Source: Macrostomum hystrix
Taxonomy: Eukaryota; Animalia; Platyhelminthes
Assembly: GCA_950097015.1 (NCBI GenBank)
Contig: CATNEN010000028.1
Coordinates: 806,001-870,000 of the forward strand
DNA length: 64,000 nucleotides
Direction of reading: 5' to 3'
In this document: positions 1 to 11,400 of the stretch, one piece after another
Numbering within the stretch: position 1 is the stretch's first letter
Layout: each line of letters begins with the position of its first letter
The notes under the pieces: model-generated
Databases searched by the model: none
What the model was told of the DNA's origin: nothing
The model's input: the letters and a program-made list of their open reading frames with translations, nothing else
Program-made: the position numbers and the translations under genes

Positions 1-1390
1 TTTCTGTATGGGTGACCATTTCTGCATGGGTGACTGTAATTCTGTATGGGTGACTGTAATTCTTCATTTTTGGCTGTGTTTCTGTATTGGTGGCTGTATT
101 ACTGTATTGGTGTCTGTATTTCTGTATTGGTGACTGTATTTCTGTATGGGTGACTGTATTTCTGTATGGATGACTGTATTTCTGTATGGGTGACTGTATT
201 TCTGTATGGGTGACTGTATTTCTGTATGGGTGACCATTTCTGCATGGGTGACTGTAATTCTGTATGGGTGACTGTATTTCTGTATGGGTGACTGTATTTC
301 TGTATGGGTGACTGTATTTCTGTATGGGTGACTGTATTTCTGTATGGGTGACTGTATTTCTGTATGGGTGACTGTATTTCTGTATGGGTGACTGTATTTC
401 TGTATGGGTGACTGTATTTCTGTATGGGTGACTGTATTTCTGTATGGGTGACTGTAATTCTGTATGGGTGACTGTATTTCTGTATGGGTGACTGTATTTC
501 TGTATGGGTGACTGTATTTCTGTATGGGTGACTGTAATTCTTCATTTTTGGCTGTGTTTCTGTATTGGTGGCTGTATTACTGTATTGGTGTCTGTATTTC
601 TGTATTGGTGACTGTATTTCTGTATGGGTGACTGTATTTCTGTATGGGTGACCATTTCTGCATGGGTGACTGTAATTCTGTATGGGTGACTGTATTTCTG
701 TATGGGTGACTGTATTTCTGTATGGGTGACTGTATTTCTGTATGGGTGACTGTATTTCTGTATGGGTGACTGTATTTCTGTATGGGTGACTGTATTTCTG
801 TATGGGTGACTGTAATTCTGTATGGGTGACTGTATTTCTGTATGGGTGACTGTATTTCTGTATGGGTGACTGTATTTCTGTATGGGTGACTGTAATTCTT
901 CATTTTTGGCTGTGTTTCTGTATTGGTGGCTGTATTACTGTATTGGTGTCTGTATTTCTGTATTGGTGACTGTATTTCTGTATGGGTGACTGTATTTCTG
1001 TATGGGTGACCATTTCTGCATGGGTGACTGTAATTCTGTATGGGTGACTGTATTTCTGTATGGGTGACTGTATTTCTGTATGGGTGACTGTATTTCTGTA
1101 TGGGTGACTGTATTTCTGTATGGGTGACTGTATTTCTGTATGGGTGACTGTATTTCTGTATGGGTGACTGTATTTCTGTATGGGTGACTGTATTTCTGTA
1201 TGGGTGACTGTATTTCTGTATGGGTGACTGCATTTCTGTATGGGTGACTGTATTTCTGTATGGGTGACTGTAATTCTTCATTTTTGGCTGTGTTTCTGTA
1301 TTGGTGGCTGTATTACTGTATTGGTGTCTGTATTACTGTATTGGTGTCTGTATTTCTGTATTGGTGACTGTATTTCTGGATGGGTGGCTG
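1..1390. repeat. 20-bp minisatellite (TGTATGGGTGACTGTATTTC) with higher-order blocks; runs off the window start
   Basis: Unit read directly. A divergent marker block (CTTCATTTTTGGCTGTGTTTC...) recurs at ~60, ~539, ~898 and ~1277. ORFs 99-545 and 577-1281 are translations of the repeat. Confidence 0.97.
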
Positions 1391-1780
1391 TCGTTTTGTC
1401 TGTTTGTATTAGTAATTTTTTTGTTAGTATGATTTTTTAGTTTAACTCTATTGTGTGTTGTTTTTTCCTCGGACCTTTGTCTTCAAGCATGCCACACTTT
1501 ATATTATTGGTTGCCGTCTAATTATGAACTATGTCTATAATACTATTTTACTTGTCATAATATTTCGTTATCTAAGCATGACTTTGGATTTTATTTCTAG
1601 TTAAAAATGTTACTAATTTTTCATTTCCAATTTTAATTTTACCTAGCATTTTTGTATTGAACACAATTGTAGCTTCTCTAGGTAAATTTGCTGATACTTA
1701 TCAGAATTGCTATAATCAATTGCACTTCCTATAACTGTTCTATTTCGATTAGAATACCAAGCTACAAGTTTCGCCCCCTC

Positions 1781-2745
1781 CCCTAGATAGCAAATTATAA
1801 TCCCCTAGATTGCAGTTATAACCCCCTAGATTGCAGTTATAACCCCCTAGATTGCAGTTATAACCCCCTAGATTGCAGCTATAACCCCCTAGATTGCAGT
1901 TATAACCCCCTAGATTGCAGTTATAACCCCCTAGATTGCAGCTATAACCCCCTAGATTGCAGTTATAACCCCCTAGATTGCAGTTATAACCCTCTAGATT
2001 GCAGTTATAACCCCTAGATTGCAGTTATAACCCCTAGATAGCAATTATAACCACTAGATAGCAATTCTAACCCCTAGATTGCAGTTATAACCCCCCTAGA
2101 TTGCAGTTATAACCCCCTCTAGATTGCAGTTATAACCCCCTAGATTGCAGTTATAACCCCCCTAGATTGCAGTTATAACCCCCTCTAGATTGCAGTTATA
2201 ACCCCCTAGATTGCAGTTATAACCCCCCTAGATTGCAGTTATAACCCCCCTAGATTGCAGTTATAACCCCCCTAGATTGCAGTTATAACCCCCCTAGATT
2301 GCAGTTATAACCCCCCTAGATTGCAGTTATAACCCCCCTAGATTGCAGTTATAACCCCCCTAGATTGCAATTATAACCCCCCTAGATTGCAGTTATAACC
2401 CCCCTAGATTGCAATTATAACCCCCCCTAGATTGCAATTATAACCCCCCCTAGATTGCAGTTATAACCCCCCTAGATTGCAATTATAACCCCCCCTAGAT
2501 TGCAACTATAACCCCCTAGATTGCAACTATAACCCCTAGATAGCAATCATAACCCCATTGATTGCAGTTATAACCCCTAGATTGCAGTTATAACCCCTAG
2601 ATTGCAGTTATAACCCCTAGATTGCAGTTATAACCCCTAGATTGCACTTTTAAGCCCCTAGATTGCACTTTTAAGCCCCTAGATTGCACTTTTAAGCCCC
2701 TAGATTGCAACTATAACCCCTAGATAGCAATTATAGCCCCCCCTA
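1781..2745. repeat. ~21-bp minisatellite (CCCC(C)TAGATTGCAGTTATAA) with variable C-run
   Basis: About 45 tandem units read directly; the C-run varies from 3 to 7. Confidence 0.97.
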
Positions 2746-3491
2746 ATAAAAATTATAACCCATAGACAGCAGATTAAAAGCACTTTAGTGAATGGCCTAA
2801 TTTCTCACCCAAATAGGAAATATATAATCTAGTTGACTATTTATTGCCACAGTTGCCAATTGATACTGTTGCTACTGATAACTGTGATACTTCAAATAAG
2901 TGAAGCAAGTTCTCAGTAAAAATGTAAACCAATTTAACAATTTATCCCCAATATTTATTAACCAAATTTCCCTCACAATGGCAAAGTATCCCTAATTCAG
3001 CGAAGCTACCCTTCGATAAGCAAGTAATGCCTTCCTGTATATAGTACAAATGACAAATAACATGGCTTGTATCCAGTCAACCATCCACTTTAACCTGCTT
3101 TGTTACAGTTGGAGACGCGCAGCAGTCACTACGGCGAGAAGCGCCAACCTTTGATTGGTTTCCAATCCAGCTAGACTGGTTTGATTTACTATTATTTACT
3201 AATTTACTACTGTTTACCATATACAATTTGATGTTGCTTTTGTAATGGTTTGTAATGGCAATTTTCCTACTTGAACTATAAGGTTTTGCTTTAGCTTTTT
3301 AAGTTATTACCTATTTTGATTCACTCCAAAAAGGCCTCTGTGGCTGTTTGTTATTAATTTAGTTACAGGCTTTGTTGGCTGCATTATGTTATTATCCATT
3401 GAGAAACTTTTCTTCAGTTTAAATGGTTTATTCACACTCTGCATGGCTTATTATACCTATTATACATAGCTTAATCGTAGCTAGAGATTTT

Positions 3492-4700
3492 ATCTAGAAT
3501 CGCAGGAGGAAACGTATCTAGAATCGCAGGAGGAAACGTATCTAGAATCGCAGGAGGAAACGTATCTAGAATCGCAGGAGGAAACTTATCTAGAATCGCA
3601 GGAGGAAACTTCCCTAGAATCGCAGGAGGAAACTTATCTAGAATCGCAGGAGAAATCTTATCTAGAATCGCAGGAGGAAACTTATCTAGAATCGCAGGAG
3701 GAAACTTTCCTAGAATCGCAGGAGGAAACTTATCTAGAATCGCAGGAGGAAACTTTCCTAGAATCGCAGGAGGAAACTTATCTAGAATCGCAGGAGGAAA
3801 CTTCCCTAGAATCGCAGGAGGAAACTTATCTAGAATCGCAGGAGGAATCTTATCTAGAATCGCAGGAGAAATCTTATCTAGAATCGCAGGAGAAATCTTA
3901 TCTAGAATCGCAGGAGAAATATTATCTAGAATCGCAGGAGGAAACCTCCATAGAATCGAGGCTAGAGTAATAGAGGAATCATACCTAGAATAGTGGAAGC
4001 TAGAATCGCATCTAGTATCGCAGCAGGAAACCTCCCTAGAATCGAGGCTAGAGTAATAGAGGAATCATACCTAGAATAGTGGAAGCTAGAATCGCATCTA
4101 GTATCGCAGCAGGAAACCTCCCTAGAATCGAGGCTAGAGTAATAGAGGAATCATACCTAGAATAGTGGAAGCCAGAATCTTATCTAGAATCGCAGGAGGA
4201 AACCTCCCTAGAATCGAGGCTAGAGTAATAGAGGAATCATACCTAGAATAGTGGAAGCTAGAATCGCATCTAGAATCGCAGGAGGAAACCTCCCTAGAAT
4301 CGAGGCTAGAGTAATAGAGGAATCATACCTAGAATAGTGGAAGCTAGAATCTTATCTAGAATCGCAGGAGGAAACCTCCCTAGAATCGAGGCTAGAGTAA
4401 TAGAGGAATCATACCTAGAATAGTGGAAGCTAGAATCGCATCTAGAATCGCAGGAGGAAACCTCCCTAGAATCGAGGCTAGAGTAATAGAGGAATCATAC
4501 CTAGAATAGTGGAAGCCAGAATCGCAGGAGGAAACCTCCCTAGAATCGAGGCTAGAGTAATAGAGGAATCATACCTAGAATAGTGGAAGCTAGAATCGCA
4601 TCTAGAATCGCAGGAGGAAACCTCCCTAGAATCGAGGCTAGAGTAATAGAGGAATCATACCTAGAATAGTGGAAGCTAGAATCGCATCTAGTATCGCAGC
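3492..4700. repeat. Composite minisatellite: 24-bp unit (TATCTAGAATCGCAGGAGGAAACT) to ~3950, then an ~85-bp unit
   Basis: Tandem units read directly; the 85-bp unit embeds the 24-bp core. Confidence 0.95.
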
Positions 4701-5268
4701 AGTAGTCCTATCAATCGACAGTCAAGAGGACCAATAGGTAAGTCAACTTAAACGTGTGATTTGGATTGCGCTATTTATTGTTAAGATTTTAGTACGAATC
4801 AGTTCTGCCTGCCAATAAGCAATTTATCTCTTTTTGTTTATTTTTTGTTAAGCCATTTTTTCTATCCGTGGTATTTAACATTTGTTTACGAAAAGTTTTA
4901 TTTTGCTGTTAATTTTACTGTTTTACGCGCACAGTTTTTATATAAATTCAATGAGTCTTACAAGAGTCCATCTCAAAGTTTTCCGTGTTATATAATTTAC
5001 TAATGCTTTCTTCACTTCAAAACTGATTGCACTTTTGTTGATTATAATAATTAAATCTACGAGTATAGCCGCTGCTTCGTTTAAACAAATTTACGACTTT
5101 ATGTCACTTTTCAAATCTATTCGCGCAATAAGCCTACTCTTCCATACTTTTAATTGCTGTTTTTCAATTCTTGCTTTAAGCACAAAATAAAACATCGGGC
5201 CCCTAGCTGATAGGTCCGGAGTTCGACTCTCAGCAAAAAGGAATCCCGATCCCAACTCAACCCAATCT

Positions 5269-5757
5269 CATCCCAACAGTTCCCATTAGAATCATCCCAA
5301 CAGTCCCCATTAGAATCGTCCCAACAGTTCCCATTAGAATCATCCCAACAGTTCCCATTAGAATCATCCCAACAGTTCCCATTAGAATCATCCCAACAGT
5401 TCCCATTAGAATCATCCCAACAGTTCCCATTAGAATCATCCCAACAGTTCCCATTAGAATCATCCCAACAGTTCCCATTAGAATCATCCCAACAGTTCCC
5501 ATTAGAATCATCCCAACAGTTCCCATTAGAATCATCCCAACAGTTCCCATTAGAATCATCCCAACAGTTCCCATTAGAATCATCCCAACAGTTCCCATTA
5601 GAATCATCCCAACAGTTCCCATTAGAATCATCCCAACAGTTCCCATTAGAATCATCCCAACAGTTCCCATTAGAATCATCCCAACAGTTCCCATTAGAAT
5701 CATCCCAACAGTTCCCATTAGAATCATCCCAACAGTTCCCATTAGTGTCGTCCCAAC
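5269..5757. repeat. 24-bp minisatellite (CATCCCAACAGTTCCCATTAGAAT), ~20 near-identical copies
   Basis: Read directly; ORF 5257-5784 (GTVGMILM)n is its translation. Confidence 0.97.
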
Positions 5758-6701
5758 ATCAGAAACGTCCTTACTTTTTATCAAAACAATGTTGGAGTAG
5801 GTATTTCTTTTTGGTTGCTGCGATCTATTTAATTTTTCAGTTGAGGTTAAAACATCTAAAAAAGAATGCTACGAGTGGTTTAGTTAAAGAATATTATAGA
5901 ATTGAGCGAGAGCAGTTTCTAATCTGTTTCTAAAGTAATAATAATTAAATCTAGCACAAGCTAACTCTTTAATGCTTACAAAACAGATAAGTATAGAAAT
6001 ATTTCTCTATAAAATACGAGCGTATATTCCAAACTTAAAAGTAGACAGAATTTACATCGGACGCTCGCACTTTGTGGCTTAGAATTTTTTCACAAATTGA
6101 GAAATTCGATTTTTCTTTTCAACAGCTCAGTGTGCTACTAATATGTTTCAAATTGTCAGTTTTTAGCATATTTTTTGCTTTGCAGAAAAAACTCAGCCAC
6201 TTGGTATTCATTAATACGATTAGGAAGATAAATATTTGCTTAAAAACAATAGACAATCGTTGGATAAATAACTTGAACGCTTGAGAAATACACATCTACG
6301 AATAGCATTTGTTGTGGAAGTTCTTTTAGCTGGAAAGATTATAAATTAAAATAGTCGCTTTCACTCAATTCTACTGCAAGGGCAAAGCTGTTTTCGAGTT
6401 GAAAAGCTTGAGGTGTACCGGATCGAAAACGCAATAAAAAAGCCTCTTCGTTAGTAGTTTTTGTCAGTAGAGTTACTCGTTTCCTTGCTTCGTCACTTGT
6501 GCTTGATTTCGTTGCATCAGAACTGGGACTGGCGGTAGTCCTAAAAAAAGAAAATTTGTCAATTTGCAGTAATTTTCTACTCTTCAAAATGTTTACGATT
6601 TGTTTTGCGATAGACCACCCGCAGCCAGCGAGATGGCCATTCTGCGAACCCCACTGACTCCATGAGCGCATGAATACTACACGGGACACTTTCACGGGGG
6701 T

Positions 6702-8407
6702 TTAAATCTGCCCAGGAACCGTGCAGCATTGTAAAACTTGAAATATGTGTCCTGGGAAACTCTGCGGTTGCCATGGAGTGGAGGACGAGTCTTTTGAGTC
6801 CCTAGTTGTGCCTACCGAGTGCATGTAGCTCCTCTTGCCGGTGGAGTCCGCCTCGCGACGTAGCGCCGGCTGGTCGGTCTCGTCCAGCTGGTAGCCATCG
6901 TTGCCTTTGCTGATCTCGGACATCACCTCGCTTGCGTACTGATTGTTGTAGACAGTGTAGGTGGCGGTCGGCTGCCGGTGCTTGTTCTTAGTCACGCAGT
7001 AGATTGTGACACCGATGATGATGGCCAGGGCCACGATGGAGCAGCAGACGGCGATGGCGATGATGGCCTCGGTGGACAGGCCGCTGGCGGTGAACACTTC
7101 GCAGTTGGAGCCGCTGTAGCCCGGTGCGCAGCTGCAGGTCTTCCATTCGCCAACAAAGTTCGGCTGGCGGCACGGGCACTGGAAAAAGTCGGCTGTGTCC
7201 TGACAGGCTGTGTTCGGACTGCAAAACCAGGTCCAGACAACGGAGGCGCACTCGTTGACGGTGCCGCGGACGCACTGGGAGATGGCCACGGCGCCCGTGG
7301 ATACTGTGGTGTTGCCGCGGCCGCAATGGAGGCATTGCGTCTGGCCCGCTGTCGGCTGGAAGGTGCCAAGCGGACACTGTGTGCAGGTGTTGGACTCAGT
7401 ACGGTAGCTTCCCGGTGAGCAGAGCGCCACGCTGCACTTTCCGACAGAGTCGCTGCCCTCGGTTGGCGTTGTGTATCCCGACGGGCAGGCCTGGCAGCTG
7501 GTGATGTTGGGATTATTGTCTCGGTAAAATCCGATCGGGCAGGGCCGGCAGGTACCGTCAGCGCCCAGCTGTTGTCCACCGAGACATCCGCGGCAGCCGG
7601 CGCTGCTAGAAGTGCCTGCAGATGCAGCGGTGCCCAGTGGACACGCCCAACACTGAGCCATACCGGCTGCGTCTGAGTAGGTGCCGCTGGTGCAGTTCTG
7701 GCAGGTACCCAGAGTCTCGTTCATGAACTGGCCCGCGGGACAGATGGTGTAGCACATAGTGCTATCCGAAGCACCCACTCCGGGAGTTGTTGAGCCACTC
7801 GGACAGGCGGCGCACGCAGTCGAGCCGGACACCGACGAGTACTGGCCGACTGGACATGGCACGCACTCGTTGGACACAGTTGTGGCGTAGGTTCCGGCAG
7901 GACAAAGAACGCAGGAAGTGCCAGAGAGCACCTGACCTGCTGGGCACGAGCTGCTGATGGTGGGGCAGGAACCACTCAGGCTAGTGCCGCCAAATGAGGC
8001 GCTGCCGGTTTTCAGGCTAGTGCAAAGGCTGGTGATACCACCGGTGCTAGGGATAGAGTAGGACACGCTAGCCGAGCCGCTGCCCGTCTGTCGGCGACGA
8101 CGGCCGACGCTGGCAACGCAAGAGACGCTGAAGTCGTTCTCCGTACACGTCTGGCACAGGTTCAGCGACTTGAAATAGTTGATCATCCGCTGGACCAACG
8201 CCCTGCGGCTGTCTACATCACAGGCGTCGATAGCAGCGCTGATGTTGCCGATGGCGCGGCTTGTCGGTGCGTCGCCGAGGAACTCACAGCCGGGCAAGGT
8301 GTACGGCTGCTGCACAGCGGGCGGGAACCAGCTGCCGGTTCGGTCGCAGTAGTAGAACGGCGGCAGCGGCTGTCCGCCAACGGGAGACAGACGCGTACGA
8401 CCCTCGT
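6702..8407 (-). other. Last exon of the giant gene: alpha/beta domain with RRRR, ~5 GCC-type Cys repeats, EGF, TM helix (~6995-7065), ~95-aa cytoplasmic tail
   Basis: ORF 6702-8432: CPAGTY...CVPCPVGQY...CAACPSG repeats, TVNEC...FQCPC and [15 protein letters not shown] motifs, hydrophobic stretch followed by KNKHR. Confidence 0.9.
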
Positions 8408-11400
8408 CTGCAGTTGATTTGTGCAGAGGCATTGTGGTTAAGTCTGTTAGAAATTAGGCTTTTAAAAATCGAAGGCCTATCATACGAGATTGGTTGACTC
8501 ACCGCGGCAAAGGAGCTTGCAATAGCTTCCATAGGGAGTAGATGCGCAAATCGAGAACGTTCTGTCATTCGGCATCACGAGAGACTCACATTGGTACCCT
8601 GAAAATGGGTCGCAGAGACGAATGTAACATGTAGTCAACCCTATGGCTAGTTACGGCATAATTCACTATCGCAGTGTTTAAGAAGTATATTTTTTGTCGA
8701 CAACCAACTTTCTTTAGCCAGACTCACTTGTGACGTAGATGTTAAACTCGCAGATGGCGTTGTTTCCGCTCGCGTCGGTCGCCTGGTACACAGCCTTGTA
8801 CTCGCCCCAGGCTAAGACGACGCCGCTGAGGATGCTCTTCGTAACTACAAAAGAGCCGCTGTTGTCAGCAAACTCTGGTTCCCTGAAGATAACAGTGGTC
8901 ATGCGGTTGCCGGTGCTGATCACACTGATGTAGCTCGGACAATAGACAACACGGGGCGGTTCAGTGTCACGCAGCTCCGAGCAGGACGGACCAGTGAAGC
9001 TGTCTGAGCAAGTGTTGGTCTGGCATACCGATGGGTTACGCCGCTGGAAGCCATCAGACAGGGTCGCTGTGCCCAACTGTCTGTAGCTGACGAGGTCACC
9101 AGCCAGCGACCTGGCTCCTGTGCAGTTACCGGCGAACGAGATCGCTTGAGCCGCAGTGAAGGCAGTTGAGAACAGATTCACTTGCGAAAAGTCGCCAATG
9201 AAGCCGCCGTCTAGACCGCCATAATGAAGGGCAGCGTTGTTAAGGTTGATTATTGAAGCGCCTGCTGGCAGGGTGACCATCGGCTGCGCCGTTCCGTTGA
9301 TGTAAATCGTCAGCATAGAGTTGTTCAGCACGAGCACAAGGCTTGTCCAGTAGCCAGCGTCAACACTAATAGACTGGCTTGTGCTGGCTGAAGCCACGTC
9401 AGGATTGTTAAATGCCACGCCGGTTGTGTTCCATTGGATGAGGATCGCGGAGTCCCTGGATGTTTGAAGCACAAGCACGCATCAGTTTAGCATGAAAATA
9501 TAGGCCTAAATTATGAGCTTATGCCATGCGAGCATATACACAACTAATCTTATATTTCGTATTGTCAAAGCTCACCTGGCAAGACGGAGCATCTCTCCGA
9601 CATAGATGACCGAGGTTGGTCGCACATAAGCGGTGAGAGTCAGCCGCTGGTATGAAGTCGAGTTTCCGCTGTGCAAGGCGCTAACGTTCAGAGTTGGACG
9701 CATGACTCCCGTTGGGACGGCGCTAATGTCAAAGCTGCCACTTTCTGAGCTACCACCTTTTTAGATGAATAAACGTTTTAAACTATGTCTGTAAGTAAAT
9801 ATTATACAAAAATTCACTTAGAATTGCAGAATGACAGTGTTTACCTTTCTCGCAGTAGACTCCGTAGTAAGCTGAGGGGCAAGTACAGGTAAACGTATTA
9901 ACTCCATCAACACAGGTGCCGCCATTTTGGCAGGCATTGCTAGCTCCGCTTGCTGGACAGTCGTTAATGTTGTTCTCGCACCTGGCACCAGTAAATCCCG
10001 TGTCTGTGCAGTTGCATGTGGCATTGCGATATTCCGCATTGTTAACGCACGCACCACCGTTCAAGCATGTCAGTCTGAGACAATAGTTCGGCTCAAGTTC
10101 GCAGGTGTCGCCTGTGTAGTCATTGATGCAGGTGCAGTTGAAGCCCTTGAGTCTATTAGTACATGCACCGCCGTTCAAGCAAGGCTTGCTTGCGCAGTTA
10201 TCGACTAGTTCGGTACAGTTCTGACCAGTCCAGCCCTCGCTGCAGTTGACACACAAGTAGCTACCGTCGGATGTCGTAACACAGGTGCCGTTGTTGGAAC
10301 AGGCGTTGGGGCCCATAGCGGCGCATGTGTCTGCTAGTTGGTCGCAGTTGGTGCCGTTCCATCCTGCGCTGCAGGAGCAGTTGTAGGAATTTATGCCATC
10401 AACGCAGAAGCCATTTATGCACGGTTTCGAGGCGCAGTCATCGATATTTACATCGCAGCGTGGACCAGTGAAGCCACTTGCGCAGTCGCAGAAGGCGGTG
10501 CCAGAGCCTGATGCATCGTAGGTATAGCGACAGGTGCCGCTATTTAAGCATTCGAAGCCGACGCATGGGTTGCTGGCTTCGCTGCAGTTCAATCCCTTCC
10601 AGCCAGGCAGGCAGTTGCACTTGTACTCAGTGCCGTTGGTCCATTCGCACAGCCCGTCCGTGTTGGCCGGGACGCACGGGTTCGCATCGCACGGGTTGAC
10701 ACGAATGGCGCATGTGTAACCAGTATAGCCTGGCACGCACTGGCAGGTGAAATTATCGATTCCATCTAAGTTGGTGCAAGTTCCACCATTGAGGCATGGG
10801 TTGCTGTCGCAGTTATTGGTCTGATTCGTGCAGTTCTTTCCTGTAAATGGCGCTTTGCATTGGCAGTCATATCCGTTGAAAATGTTAACCACTGTGCCAC
10901 CGTTCTGACACGGATTCGGTCCCTTGGACTCATCGATGTCCAGCTCACAGCTGTCTCCAGTCAGACCAGGAGGACAGGCGCAGCTGCGAGTGGATCCACT
11001 TGGTGTACAGATGCCGCCATTCGCGCAGGGGCGGCGGTCGCATGGGCTCAACCTGATGGCGCAGTCGGGTAGCAAGAAGTCATCGTTGCAGGCACACCTG
11101 TAACCACGTGGAGCAGTGACGTCCTGGGTACAGTTGCCCTGGTTCAGGTGGTGACTGCAGGTCGTAGAGTTCGTGCACGGATTGTCTGACACTGTGCAGT
11201 TGGTGCCACTGTACCCGTGAGCGCACTCACAGCGGTAGGAATTGGAGCCAGGGATGCATTTGCCATTGACGCACGGTTTGATGTCTTGGCAAAAGTCGCG
11301 TAGCTTCTCGCAGTTGACGCCACTGTAGCCAGGGGCGCATGTGCAAAGGTAGCCTCGCACCCTGTCTGTGCACGTCCCACCATTCATGCAAGGGTCCGTG

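Noticed and set aside
5195-5235. tRNA gene or Pol III element (GGAGTTCGACTCTC)
   Set aside because: Only a B-box-like string; no A box or cloverleaf.
99-5784. Repetitive ORFs 99-545, 577-1281 and 5257-5784
   Set aside because: Translations of minisatellites; the 20-bp unit cycles through frames; no splice or domain support.
6339-6774. ORFs downstream of the giant gene's stop codon
   Set aside because: No in-phase splice link or motif; probably 3'UTR.
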